From Octopus bimaculoides (taxonomy: Eukaryota), in NCBI RefSeq assembly GCF_001194135.2, contig NC_068986.1, positions 85,614,670 to 85,678,669 on the forward strand: DNA of 64,000 nucleotides. The letters run 5' to 3'. Shown piece by piece: positions 36,985-49,600 of the stretch. The notes under the pieces are model-generated. The model had not been told where the DNA came from. It did not search any database and saw only the letters and a program-made list of their open reading frames with translations. Position 1 is the stretch's first letter, and each line of letters begins with the position of its first letter. The position numbers were made by a program, and so were the translations under genes.

Positions 36985-37309
36985 AGAGCAGCGAACTCGT
37001 GGTCGTAGGATCGCAGTTTCGATTCCCAGACCGGGCTTTGTGAGTGTTTATTGAGCGAAAACACCTAATGCTCCACGAGGCTTCGGCAGTGGCAGGTGGG
37101 TGGCGAAACCTGATGTTCGCTTTCAACACAACTTTCACTCTTTCTTCCTGTTTCTGTTGTACCTGTATTTCCAAGGGGAAGCCTTGTCACACTCTCTAAT
37201 ACGCTGAATTTCCCTGAGAACTACGTTAAGAGTACACGTATCTTTGAAGTGCTCAGCCACTTGCACGTTTGTTTCACGAGCAGGCTGTTCCTTTGATCGG
37301 ATCAACTGG
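36985..37309 (+). mobile_element. SINE sharing the family C 3' half but with a different body
   Basis: B-box-like gtttcgattccc 37016-37027; 37156-37309 aligns with 26549-26700. Confidence 0.8.
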
Positions 37310-37582
37310 NNNNNNNNNNNNNNNNNNNNNNNNNNNNNNNNNNNNNNNNNNNNNNNNNNNNNNNNNNNNNNNNNNNNNNNNNNNNNNNNNNNNNNNNNNN
37401 NNNNNNNNNNNNNNNNNNNNNNNNNNNNNNNNNNNNNNNNNNNNNNNNNNNNNNNNNNNNNNNNNNNNNNNNNNNNNNNNNNNNNNNNNNNNNNNNNNNN
37501 NNNNNNNNNNNNNNNNNNNNNNNNNNNNNNNNNNNNNNNNNNNNNNNNNNNNNATATATATATATATAAACATTGACTGTAG

Positions 37583-37747
37583 GGGACAATGAGGCAGGGG
37601 ATTTTCAAGAGTAATACATTATGCCGAGAAATGGAGCTATGCCGTGTCTGTCTCGGCTGTGACCGGAGTTTGAAAAAAATGGGAACAGCTCCTGTTGGTG
37701 TAAGAAAATCATTAGAGTTTTATATTCAGGCATTAGGTCACGTGGCA
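37583..37747 (+). CDS. Weak candidate exon (55 codons, Cys-rich: LCREMELCRVCLGCDRS)
   Basis: tgtAG acceptor, gca|GTAAGT donor, open frame. No homology recognised. Confidence 0.2.
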
Positions 37748-40075
37748 GTAAGTACGATAATTGCCAAAAGTCATGAGAATGTCGGTTCACTGGATGTGTA
37801 ATGTGACAGTAGGAATGATAAGTTGTCAGTTAAAAATAGAATAAAATATTGTTCGGTAGTTTGCAAATGATTGTACATTACGAAGCTGTTTTGTATTTGT
37901 ATATATATGATTGTCTATGTGTTCATGTGTGAGAGGGAAAAACTACAATTGTGCAATGCATAAGTGTATTTACTTGATACAGAATATAGCTGTTTGATAT
38001 GTTCCGTGTAGCTTATTCAGTCGTGGTTTATATCGTATAATAAATGTTTCTATATCTAGACTAAAGAACCACTTCAGTTTCCATATATACCTGTTACATT
38101 GCAGGTTTTTATAAGTATCCTTGGTCTTAATCCTGTCAATGATTCTAAAACGCGAATTAACATATTCAGCAATATACATAATATGCATTTCATAACACAG
38201 TATAATAAATAACCAATTTAATTCCTGGATATTTTAACCGTAAAAATTGCTTCAATATGGGATCATCTTCTACAAAATGAAAGACTACAGCAGTAAAACT
38301 CACTTTTTAATTCATTCCTTACAAAACGCCATTAAACTTTCACGAAAAGTATGATAATTTACTTCGACTTTTGAAACTTGTAATTAAAAAAAATCTAAGA
38401 ATTAAAACAAATGCTACTTGAGTTGCTGTTCCCATACAACGTCCACCTAAATGCAACAGAATAGACCAAGAAAATGGTCACTAAGGAATTACAATAGCAA
38501 AAATAATTCAACTTCATTAATCAATCGACTTTATATTACAATACACAATCCCAAAAATATAGAAACACATTCTCCGTCAAAATATTCCAGTAGTCAAGTA
38601 AAACCCAAGTATGGAAAATGCATTCAAATTATACAAGTTAATGAAAAGCAAATGACAAAGAAATCGCCAAAATATTTCCTACCACCGCCAAATTAACTAC
38701 AAAAAAGTAATCACAAAACCATTCCTCAAAACATGTAGTCGCCGTAACTGCTAAAACTACATGAACTTTATAGAAAATACATAAATTTCTATCGGGAGCA
38801 TATTTTCACCGCAAAGGAATCCCTTCACTGTCAAAAGCGTGAATTTACATCACCAAATGTAATGGATTTTAATGTGGTGAGATAAAACAAAAGAAACAGA
38901 TTGTCTAATTACTGACATGAAATACGAGATCTTAATACTAGACAGATTCTATTAAATAAGATTTAAACTTATGTACAAGAAACTACCTATTATGTAAGAC
39001 TACTCTTTGTTCTGACAAAACTCAGATGAAATAAGGAAAACACAAATCCTACAAAATATACTATACAAGATACCAAACAGATACATTCACTAACGACTAT
39101 ATTACTAACATATTACAATATCTTAGTTCACTGTTTCATATACGAGCACGCAAAAATCTTATTACAATGAAAGTTCATAATTTACTATCACTCGTTTTGA
39201 TTATTAACGCAGCATTCGTTCATATCGTTACGTGACGTTATATTTGCATTTTATAAATTCTATCACGTAATACATTCGTTGGACTTACGCAGCTTCAAGT
39301 TTTGCTATAATTATCCTTTATACAGTCACATAGCACTATTATGTCATGGAAGACTTACCAAATACTATATCTGATTATTTCACCCTTTTCTACCTGGTAA
39401 ACTGTAACTTAACACCTGAAAATTGAGTGATAATCTTACCCTAACTTTTCGCAAAATTATAAACAGTGATCCATGTCGAGACAAATGTAGCTTAACTCTA
39501 GATTCTTTTATTTCATATTACTTGTGAAAATCATGGAAATGTGTAACCAGTTATTAAGTAAATATAATTGAGTTATTTTAAAGATTCACACCATTCTTTA
39601 TTATTTCTTCACGTTCATTTTCAACTTCTTTTCTTTATCCCTCTAGAAGTATGAAAAATTATTTTCCTCTGTGTGTGGGGAACGTGTTTGTATGTTTGTG
39701 TGAGGTAAGTGTTTTTTTGTTTTTTTGTATGCCCACCTCAATATCTATGCTCAGGCTACTATTTTTTCTGTATTCAACACATTTCCCTATAAGCACAGGT
39801 ATTAATATTCATGTACAGGTAATTCATTTCGCTCAGTTACCTTTCAGATATCTGACAAAATAGTCTTTACATAAAATGCATCCGCTTGTTTATACGATAA
39901 GTGTTTTTCAATGTATGTATTTATAATGTAGTGAGGAAAAATTTTCTTTTGTTCATTTATTTCAGCACAATATCAATTGAATATAGAATTCACCTACAGA
40001 ATGATGTTTAGTCCATTTCTCATTTATTTTGCATATTATGATATCTTATATCTTCAAATTATAATATTTTATGTC

Positions 40076-40268
40076 TTTTCTACTATAAACACACGGCCTG
40101 ATATTTTGGTAGAGGAGGCTAGTCGATGACATCCACCCAAGTGCTCATCTAATATTTGTTTTATCGACCTTAAAAACGTGAAAGGCAAAGGCAAACTTCG
40201 AACATAAAGACGAATTAAGTGCTGCTCAGCATTTTGCCCGGCGTTCAAACGATCCTGCCAGCTCCCTG
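40076..40268 (-). mobile_element. Degenerate SINE family A
   Basis: ttttatcgacc...gaaaggcaaag...ttttgcccggcg...ctgccagctc. Confidence 0.65.
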
Positions 40269-40572
40269 CTTACAAAGATAATTATTTTCTATAAAAGCAA
40301 GGCATAAAATTCCAGTTATATATACATAATGCTGTCTTACCAAACAGGTTCAGCGTTGATGACAAAATTATAATTAAGTATTAAGAGAAACAAATTTTGA
40401 AATTAAAGTCATTCAAGCTAGAGGTGCATTGAAATAAATGAATGAATTCTTTAGCTGAATATACTTCTTTCAAATCAGAAAGACAAATAGAGAGACATAA
40501 ATATATACTTACTACACACATAAACATAAATATATTTATGTGTATAGACATTTATAGCAACGTATATATATT

Positions 40573-40830
40573 GCATTGCTGTTTGGTTAGCAATTTCACT
40601 CTTCAACCATATGGTTTCGTGCTCAGTTTCATTGCGCAGTACCTTGGGCAAGTAACTTCTACTATAGCCCCATTACGTCATGATTTAAATTGATAGAGGT
40701 GAAATCTACGGAAGCCCTTTATGTATGCACTCGCGTGTTTGTATCATTGTTTGCCATAACCGGCCTTCTTTGACGTCATAGTGACTTAATCGTTCGTCAT
40801 AACGACACTGATAAAATAAGTACTGGGAGC
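40573..40830 (+). mobile_element. Degenerate SINE family B
   Basis: gtaccttgggcaagtaacttctactatagcc...ataaaataagtactg. Confidence 0.6.
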
Positions 40831-40900
40831 AACTTCATCTGCTAGACACTTCGAGATGGTGTACCACGGACGCAGTGCAATGACTGAAACAATATATGTG

Positions 40901-40939
<39 letters not shown>

Positions 40940-42103
40940 GTGTGTGCGTGAATGTACGTGCTTGGGTGTGTGTGTACGCATGTGAATGTATGTGCTTGGG
41001 CGTGTGTGTGTGTGTGTTTGTTTGTGTGTGTGTGTGGTGTGTGCATGTGCATACATTCATGCAGATATACACGCAAAAACGTGTATATACAAACATATTT
41101 GTCAGTATGATTTCGTTTTTTGGTATTAGATATTATCTTGCACTCTTCTGAAGAAATGTCCGCACTATGTATGTACTTAATATGTATGTACGTAACATAA
41201 NNNNNNNNNNNNNNNNNNNNNNNNNNNNNNNNNNNNNNNNNNNNNNNNNNNNNNNNNNNNNNNNNNNNNNNNNNNNNNNNNNNNNNNNNNNNNNNNNNNN
41301 NNNNNNNNNNNNNNNNNNNNNNNNNNNNNNNNNNNNNNNNNNATATGGGAAAATGCTAGTTCTAAAACCTCTGTATATTTACATATACGTGCGCTGCGCG
41401 CTTGTGTGCACGTGTATCATGTGTTGTCTCGAATACATCTGTGAGAGAATGTGGCTAGATGTGTGTTCGTATATTTAATAGTTTCTATGTATATTATTCA
41501 TGTGTTATCATAGTAGTTGTCTAGCGATGAAGGAAGTGGCTATTCATTTTACCATTTCAACCTTGTTCCTTGACCTGCCATAACACCGGCCAAACAAAAA
41601 ACGATCTACTCACTTTCCCTAACCCTTACCCTTTCCCACCGTACAGACAACCAGCTACTCTCTGATGGTCCTTCCTCTAACCCGTCACAACTCTTTCTCT
41701 CTCCTTTTCTCTCCTCTTCCTCTCTCTCTCTCTCTCTCTTTTCCTCTCTGTATCTGATTTACGCGCGCAAGCGTTCACCAAACATGGGCCAGCGTCACCG
41801 ACCAGTCTCTAACGACATCCATCTATGTTCTCTTCTTCTATATACAACTAAACCGTTGTTGACATTTCACAAGTGAATGGATGCGTCGGCCAATGGAAAT
41901 TAGGTAGAATCATCGAGCCGTTGGATATTTCGAGAATATTCTTTGGAATTCTTCATTCGAACACAGACTAATTAGTGACGAAGCATTGGATGAAGGATGC
42001 GGGAAGTGCACAGTTGTCTTCATAACATCGCCACATTGACCACTAGAATTAGCGTCAAATATTTTCTGACTCCTTCTTAACACCCAATAAATGGACAACA
42101 TAG

Positions 42104-43760
42104 TAGGTGGTGGTGGTGGTGGTGATGGTGGTGGTGATGGTGGTGGTGATGGTGGTGGTGGTAATGGTGGTGATGGTGGTGGTGGTGGTGACAGCGATGA
42201 TAATGGTGGTAGTGATTGTGATGGAGGTGAGAAGGTGGCACTGTTGGTTGTAGTGCTTGTTCTTTNNNNNNNNNNNNNNNNNNNNNNNNNNNNNNNNNNN
42301 NNNNNNNNNNNNNNNNNNNNNNNNNNNNNNNNNNNNNNNNNNNNNNNNNNNATTGATCTCATACATGTTGTTAGTAGGTGGTGTTGGTGATGCAGCGGTT
42401 GTGGTGGTGCTACTGGTTATGGGAATGGTGTTTTGATTGTGGTGGTAGTAGTGTTGCTTGCGGTGGTGGTGGTGGTGGTGGTGGTGGTGGTGAGGGTTAT
42501 GGTGCAGGTTGTGATGGTAAGGTGGGCTGTTGCTTGTGGTTGATATGGTGTGGAGGTGGTACGGGGACGGTGTGGGGGTGATGTAGGGGGACTGAAGGTG
42601 GAGCTAGCGCAGTGTGGCGATGATGGTGGCCATTGTTGTGACTGTGATGGTGGCGTAGGTTGTGGTGGTGGTGTTCATTTTGGTGGTGGTGATAGTGAAT
42701 GGTGGTGGAGGTGGAGGTTGTGGCGTTGCTCACGGTGATGCTGCTGCATGTGGTGACTGTGGTGGTGGCGGTGGTGATGGTGGTGTAATTATTGCTGGTT
42801 TTAGTTTTTGGCGATGGTAGTGTTAGTGGTTGGTGGAGCCGATATCGGTGGAGGTGATAATGTTTGTGATGAGTGTCGGATGGCCGCAGGGGTGGTTGTG
42901 GTATTGATGGAAGTGGTGATGCAGCGATTGTTAAGGTGTTGTGTTGTGTTTCTGGTAGTGGTGGTGATAGTGGTATAGAAGATGGTGGCGAGGATGACGA
43001 GAGTTGTTATGATGGTGAGAGAAATGTTGTTGGTGGGTAGTTTCATGTCTTGGACATTGGTTTCTAGTGGTAGCGTTAGCGATCAGATTTTTTTTAGAGT
43101 TAGTAATCAGTTTCTAGTGGTAGCATTAGAAACTGGTGGTGGTGGTGGTGGTTGTTGTATTGTGGGGTGGTGATGGTAGTAGCATTGTGGTAGTGATGGT
43201 GGTGGTGTTGATTGTGTTGCTGGTGGAGGTGGTAGAGGTGGTAATAGTATTGTGGAGGTGGTGGTGGAATTGAGATGATGGTAGTGGCGGTGTTAGTGAT
43301 GGTGTTGCTGTTGTTGTTGTTGGTGGTGGTGGTAGTGGTAGTGTCGGTGGTGGTGGTGGTATTAGTGGCGGTGCTGGTGCTTGTGGTGGTAGTGGTGGTG
43401 GCAGAGATGATGGTAAGGATTGTGGTGGCAGCGAAGGTAGCGGTAGTATTGATGGTGATGGTTTTGGTGGTGGAGGTGCTGGTCTTCTGTCGTGGTGGTG
43501 ATGGTGATGGTGATGGTGTTTAGTCGTGGTGGTGGTATCGATGACGTTAATGGTGTTGCTTGCCAGGGATTTGTTTGCAATTGTGGTGAGCTAAACTGTG
43601 ATTATGACAAAGATAGTAATCATAGTTAACAATGGAATGGTGGTAGTAAGTATATGAATGTATTTCTGGAGATTCTATTCTACTGGCATTGACGAAGTAG
43701 TAGTGTCAGAAGTTGTTGCTTGTGGTAGTGATGGTGGTAGTGGTACTTGTGTATTTGTTA
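42104..43760. repeat. 1.6-kb (GGT/GAT/GTA)n cryptic triplet low-complexity tract
   Basis: Read directly; G+T-skewed on the plus strand. Confidence 0.9.
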
Positions 43761-43787
43761 TTGTGAGCATCTCTATGTAAAGAAATA

Positions 43788-44005
43788 CACGCGGAGGTGC
43801 TGAACTGTTCCTGGATTTGGGCAAAAGAAAATACAGGAGGATAAATTAAATATTATTTTATGCAACTTATTCCCCTAAGATTCACACGCCTATTACAGCG
43901 GTCCTTCAGTGCTTCTAATCTCTGTAAAAGAACTCTGAAGGTTTAGCTTCCAGCCAGGCCTTTCAAAGCATCCTTAAGGCCACGAACGTTTCAGCACCCC
44001 CTCAT
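43788..44005. mobile_element. Mariner-derived MITE (about 215 bp)
   Basis: Imperfect TIRs gaggtgctgaactgttcctgg / gagggggtgctgaaacgttcgtgg; interior resembles a mariner transposase C-terminus on minus. Confidence 0.7.
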
Positions 44006-44353
44006 TTGTATGTAAGAATGTATGTATGGATATATGTATGTATGTATGTATGTATGTATATATATATATATATATGTAAATACATATATANNNNNNNNNN
44101 NNNNNNNNNNNNNNNNNNNNNNNNNNNNNNNNNNNNNNNNNNNNNNNNNNNNNNNNNNNNNNNNNNNNNNNNNNNNNNNNNNNNNNNNNNNNNNNNNNNN
44201 NNNNNNNNNNNNNNNNNNNNNNNNNNNNNNNNNNNNNNNNNNNNNNNNNNNNNNNNNNNNNNNNNNNNNNNNNNNNNNNNNNNNNNNNNNNNNNNNNNNN
44301 NNNNNNNNNNNNNNNNNNNNNNNNNNNNNNNNNNNNNNNNNNNNNNNNNNNNN

Positions 44354-44923
44354 ATATAAAATTTATTAATTAGGGTAGAAATTGATATTAATCAATTAAA
44401 ACCAGTGGTCTAGCATATTAAAAAAATCCGAAGATTGAAATTATATTACATACAAAATTAAGAGGAATGACCAGCAAAAGTGGACTCCTATATGCTAGAA
44501 ATAGATGCCGAATCATGGAATCACGAAAAATATGTTCTCAGTAAAAATTTAGCGACACAACAGATTGTAAAAGGGCAAGACAAATGAAAAAATACTAAAT
44601 AAAAAGACGATTAACCTACGTACCATGGTTTCACCTATTAAAATTTACATATGTAAATATCTGCAGGATCATCAGCGTAGTCTGTCGATTTATAAAATAT
44701 AATTTCCAAAACTAGACACAAGATGTCCACCAGGTGATACCATGGTACATAGGTTAATCGTTTTTTTTTTATTTAGTATTTTTTCATTTGTCTTGCCCTT
44801 TTACAGTCTATTGTGTCGCTAAATTTTTACTGAGAACATATTCTTCATGGTTAGATGATTCGGCATCTATTTCTAGCATATAGGAGTCCACTTTTGCTGA
44901 TCATTCCTCTTATTTTTGTATGT
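44354..44923 (-). mobile_element. Hammerhead-bearing foldback element
   Basis: Arms of about 189 bp at 44448-44636 and 44732-44923, 95-bp spacer; (TA)n at both ends. Confidence 0.85.
44616..44680 (-). ncRNA. Type I hammerhead ribozyme motif
   Basis: Minus strand: CTACG-CTGATGA-tCCT...(atttacatatgtaaat palindrome)...AGGt-GAAAC-catg-GTA-CGTAG; palindromic ACCATGGT; U.U at 10.1/11.1; predicted cut 44621/44620. Confidence 0.75.
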
Positions 44924-45184
44924 ATATATATATATATATATATACAGACATACCTCTTATTCTTTTACCTTCTCTTCTCCCGCTATTCTATCCTATTACT
45001 CTATCCCTCACTCCTCCTTCCTTGCTCACGTGGCTCCCACGTGACCATTGGCCATCTTTCTTTCTTCACCTAACTTGCGTTCCTTTCTTTCTGTCCGTTG
45101 TAGCTGGAACAAGGAAGACATGTTCTTCTCTGTCTCTTGTCCAAGCTTGATTTATTCTGATCTTATTCGTTGTAAGTCTAGTAT

Positions 45185-45490
45185 TTATTCTAACGGCTTC
45201 TTTTGCCAAACGGTAAAGTTACGGGGATGTAAACACACCAGCATCGGTTGTCAAGCGGTGGTGGGGGATGAAACAGACACGCAAACACACACACACATAC
45301 ACACACACACATACATACACACACACACACATGCTATTGGCTTCTTTCGGTTTCCGTCCAACAAATCTACTCACAAGGATTTGGTCGACCTGAGGCTATA
45401 GTAGAAGACACTTGCCCAAGGTGCCACGCAGTGGCACTGAACCACGTCGATGAGGTTGGTAAACAAGCTACTTACCAAACGGCAACTCCT
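45185..45490 (-). mobile_element. SINE family B with internal (CA)n
   Basis: Head aggagttgccgtttggtaagtagc..., core gtggcaccttgggcaagtgtcttctactatagcc, internal microsatellite; 3' tail truncated. Confidence 0.85.
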
Positions 45491-45901
45491 GAGTGTATGC
45501 GAACTTAGGGTAAGTTAAAATATGTTTTTGTGACAAAATTCATCTCCTAAAGGTAAATCCACTACACTTACCGTAGTAGAAGTTATAAAAAACACCATAT
45601 CAGTCCAGTTTTACTGACGACCAGATTCACAGACGCAGCGTTTCTAGCTCTTTTGCTTTCCTCAATACAAAATACTGATGAAAGGTAAGTCTGAGCAGAT
45701 TTAATGCTGTAGCTTTAATTAAGACTCAGTCAAAGAGCATTTTAAAAAAAATACTGTTTTTTGGATTAGATATTTTCTTTCACTTTTATGCAAAATGTCA
45801 AGTTTAGCCCGGACGCAGGTATGTTCACACTACGTGTAGTGCTCACGCAGCAAGTGAAAAAAAATATATATAAGTGAACATCGGGTATACAACTATATAT
45901 A

Positions 45902-45951
<50 letters not shown>

Positions 45952-48050
45952 TGTACGTGCACACACACGCGCAAGTGTTTGTGTTTTGGAAGGCAGTTTA
46001 AAACGGAAACTATCTATCTTTATCTAACACACAACCAAGAAACCCAGTACTACACACTGACATAAATATTCCCCATACATATGCACATGTATACAGTTCA
46101 CGCTTTCATTCTTGCTATANNNNNNNNNNNNNNNNNNNNNNNNNNNNNNNNNNNNNNNNNNNNNNNNNNNNNNNNNNNNNNNNNNNNNNNNNNNNNNNNN
46201 NNNNNNNNNNNNNNNNNNNNNNNNNNNNNNNNNNNNNNNNNNNNNNNNNNNNNNNNNNNNNNNNNNNNNNNNNNNNNNNNNNNNNNNNNNNNNNNNNNNN
46301 NNNNNNNNNNNNNNNNNNNNNNNNNNNNNNNNNNNNNNATATATATATATATATATATACACATACATGTATGTATGTATGTATATGTGTGCGTATGTAT
46401 GTATATATGGGTGTATACAGGTGCGCAATACAATACAGAATCTGAACATAAAAATCGAGAAAATTCTTGAGGGTCTCAAATACTACATCGTTTCCACTGA
46501 TGAGATTGATGAAATTTAATTGTTTCTTTTTAAAATTAAGTTTAGAAGTTTCTTGCCTTTATAACATCGTCATTATACAATACATTCTCTGTGATACATC
46601 ATGTCGGTTAATGACATTAAATTTGTTTTTTTTATATCTATTTACGTTAGTTGTATATGGACATCAGCTCAGTAAAACACTTACAAGTTTCGTGATGAAA
46701 ATCAAAGGAAAATTCAGAAATACTTAAATAATTAAATATGTATAAGAATTATATACAAAAAGAAAAACAATGGTAAAAACAAAAACAAAAAGAAATACTG
46801 TGTAAAAATTCTTAAAACATGCAGTTTAATAATACAAACAAGCAACTTTTGCAAAATTTTTTGCTCGCTAAGAACGATGATAGATTTTGTTTTAACGTAC
46901 GGTGTTTTTTTTCATTTATTTTTTAACATTTTTATTCTTTTTCTATATTTTTTCATTTGTCGATGTTACACATTTTTCTTAATAACGTATTTTGTTTCTG
47001 ATTTATTTAGTTATTAATTTTTTTTACTGTTCATTTTTCATTTCCATTGCCTCTTGTTTTTGTTGTTCAATATATGATTACATATGCGGTATCATTTGGT
47101 ATTACGTAAGAGGTGAAAACTTATAGAGTTGTATCTTCTACCATGTTTTCATTCATGAGCTAAGGCTTTCCGCTTTACATACACCTATAATGCTAATTGA
47201 AAAAAAGAGATAAACTATCCATGGTATTTCGTTCAGTTCTTTACGTCTGAGTTCTAGTCCTATCAAATTCATATATGCCTTCCATCATTACACAATATCA
47301 GTCAAACACTGGAGTAAATATTATAGACTTATCACTTCCCATAATTTTCCGGCCTTATACTTATGCTAAAGACGTAAGAAGCTAAAATATAAACCCGGAT
47401 AGAAATTCTTTTTAATATTTATTTACACTGTTTGAATCATATAGATTTGATGGGATCTTTTCTGCTACTGTGACAGTTTTCTTGTTTTATATATTTTGTT
47501 CCAGTTGTTTTCAAATCTAGTATACTAATGTAGTTTTGTGTGCTAACTATGGAAATGAAATTTAATTTTTGCCATAAATTAATAAATAAATAGTTAATAC
47601 CTTTAAAATTTGCAAATTTTGGGTAATTTCCGACAATCGAAAGCCACAAATATATTGGTGCCTGTTTCCATTATAAGAAAGTTGTTGTCTGCATAAAACT
47701 ACAATTTCATGTATATTCTTTACCCATCTATTTTCTTTGACAAGTGCCTGTTTTCTGAATATTTGTACTGAATTTTCGTCACTTTTACCTGTTTGTTTTT
47801 TGCTTTTAAACGGATATTTTTGGTTGCTTTGCTCTCGCTTGCTCATTTTAATCATTTTTACCAGTGTGATTTTTTTTTTTTGAGAAACTGATATTTTCGG
47901 TTGCTGCCCTGTCACTATCTTACCTCAATTTAATAATTTTAAGCTATGCGTTTTCCTGGAAATTTTCAGTTTAAATGGAAGTATGAACGCAAACAACTCA
48001 CTTAATGATTCGAGTATGCTGGAAAAGCCAAACAGGATACGGTTTCTTAC

Positions 48051-48171
48051 TTGCAAGAGAAGGTTGCTATCCCTAAAAGAAATGTATGTACAAAATGACG
48101 CTATATGATGATTCACGGGAAAATTTACTTGGTGAGGGTTCGTGCACTTTATGTTCAAGGCAATCCTTGAT
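48051..48171 (-). CDS. Weak candidate exon
   Basis: Strong acceptor tttcttcatttgccAG (48172-48173); donors caa|GTAAAT (43 nt; IKDCLEHKVHEPSP) or caa|GTAAGA (121 nt). No homology recognised. Confidence 0.2.
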
Positions 48172-48209
48172 CTGGCAAATGAAGAAATCAATTACTACTA
48201 CTACTACTG

Positions 48210-48245
<36 letters not shown>

Positions 48246-49045
48246 ACGCCGCTGCTGCTGCTGCTGCTCCTGTTGCCACCGCCGTCGCCACGACCACGAC
48301 CACGACCACGACCATCACCACCACCACCACCACCNNNNNNNNNNNNNNNNNNNNNNNNNNNNNNNNNNNNNNNNNNNNNNNNNNNNNNNNNNNNNNNNNN
48401 NNNNNNNNNNNNNNNNNNNNNNNNNNNNNNNNNNNNNNNNNNNNNNNNNNNNNNNNNNNNNNNNNNNNNNNNNNNNNNNNNNNNNNNNNNNNNNNNNNNN
48501 NNNNNNNNNNNNNNNNNNNNNNNNNNNNNNNNNNNNNNNNNNNNNNNNNNNNNNNNNNNNNNNNNNNNNNNNNNNNNNNNNNNNNNNNNNNNNNNNNNNN
48601 NNNNNNNNNNNNNNNNNNNNNNNNNNNNNNNNNNNNNNNNNNNNNNNNNNNNNNNNNNNNNNNNNNNNNNNNNNNNNNNNNNNNNNNNNNNNNNNNNNNN
48701 NNNNNNNNNNNNNNNNNNNNNNNNNNNNNNNNNNNNNNNNNNNNNNNNNNNNNNNNNNNNNNNNNNNNNNNNNNNNNNNNNNNNNNNNNNNNNNNNNNNN
48801 NNNNNNNNNNNNNNNNNNNNNNNNNNNNNNNNNNNNNNNNNNNNNNNNNNNNNNNNNNNNNNNNNNNNNNNNNNNNNNNNNNNNNNNNNNNNNNNNNNNN
48901 NNNNNNNNNNNNNNNNNNNNNNNNNNNNNNNNNNNNNNNNNNNNNNNNNNNNNNNNNNNNNNNNNNNNNNNNNNNNNNNNNNNNNNNNNNNNNNNNNNNN
49001 NNNNNNNNNCACCACCACCACCACCACCACCACCACCACCACAAA

Positions 49046-49600
49046 TCTTTCCCTATCTTGAATTCCATATTTCTGTTCTTTACTTTATTTGTCGCTTCTG
49101 AATTCTTAGATGCTGTGTATTGTATTTATCACTTCCTCTGCTTTCACTCCGTCTTTTTTAACTAAATCATACTTATTTTTCTATATAACTTATTCTCATT
49201 TCTTTGAAACATTACTTACCCCTCAATATCTTTCTTCTTCCAGTCTTTAAATTCCACTTCCTTCCTTCAGTAAATTAGCATGTTATCAAAGACTGAGATT
49301 TTGGATTCACTTGTCCTTTCGCAATTTCTTGAACTCTACATCTCTATTTCTTACATTATTTGTCGCTTCCACGATCTTTCACTCTGTATTACTTTTATTT
49401 ATCACGTTCTCTTCTTACTTAATACATTTTTTTTCTTTAACTTACCCTTTCTATTTGAACCAAATCATAGACCTTTTACTATGTATCTTACACTGAGAAT
49501 GATTCTCCTTCATTTGAAGCTTTCATTTCTTTCAAACATGACTTCCTCGTAAAGTCTCTGTTTTTCCCCATTCTTTAAATCCCACTTCGTTTCTTCAGTA
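49046..49600. repeat. Old diverged tandem duplication of a pyrimidine-rich unit of about 270-300 bp
   Basis: Shared blocks atttgtcgcttc, tttatcac, aaatcata and tctttaaat(t/c)ccactt...ttcagtaaa occur twice. Confidence 0.6.

Noticed and set aside
45575-45690. Open frame ending at aag|GTAAGT
   Set aside because: No convincing acceptor or start, and no homology.
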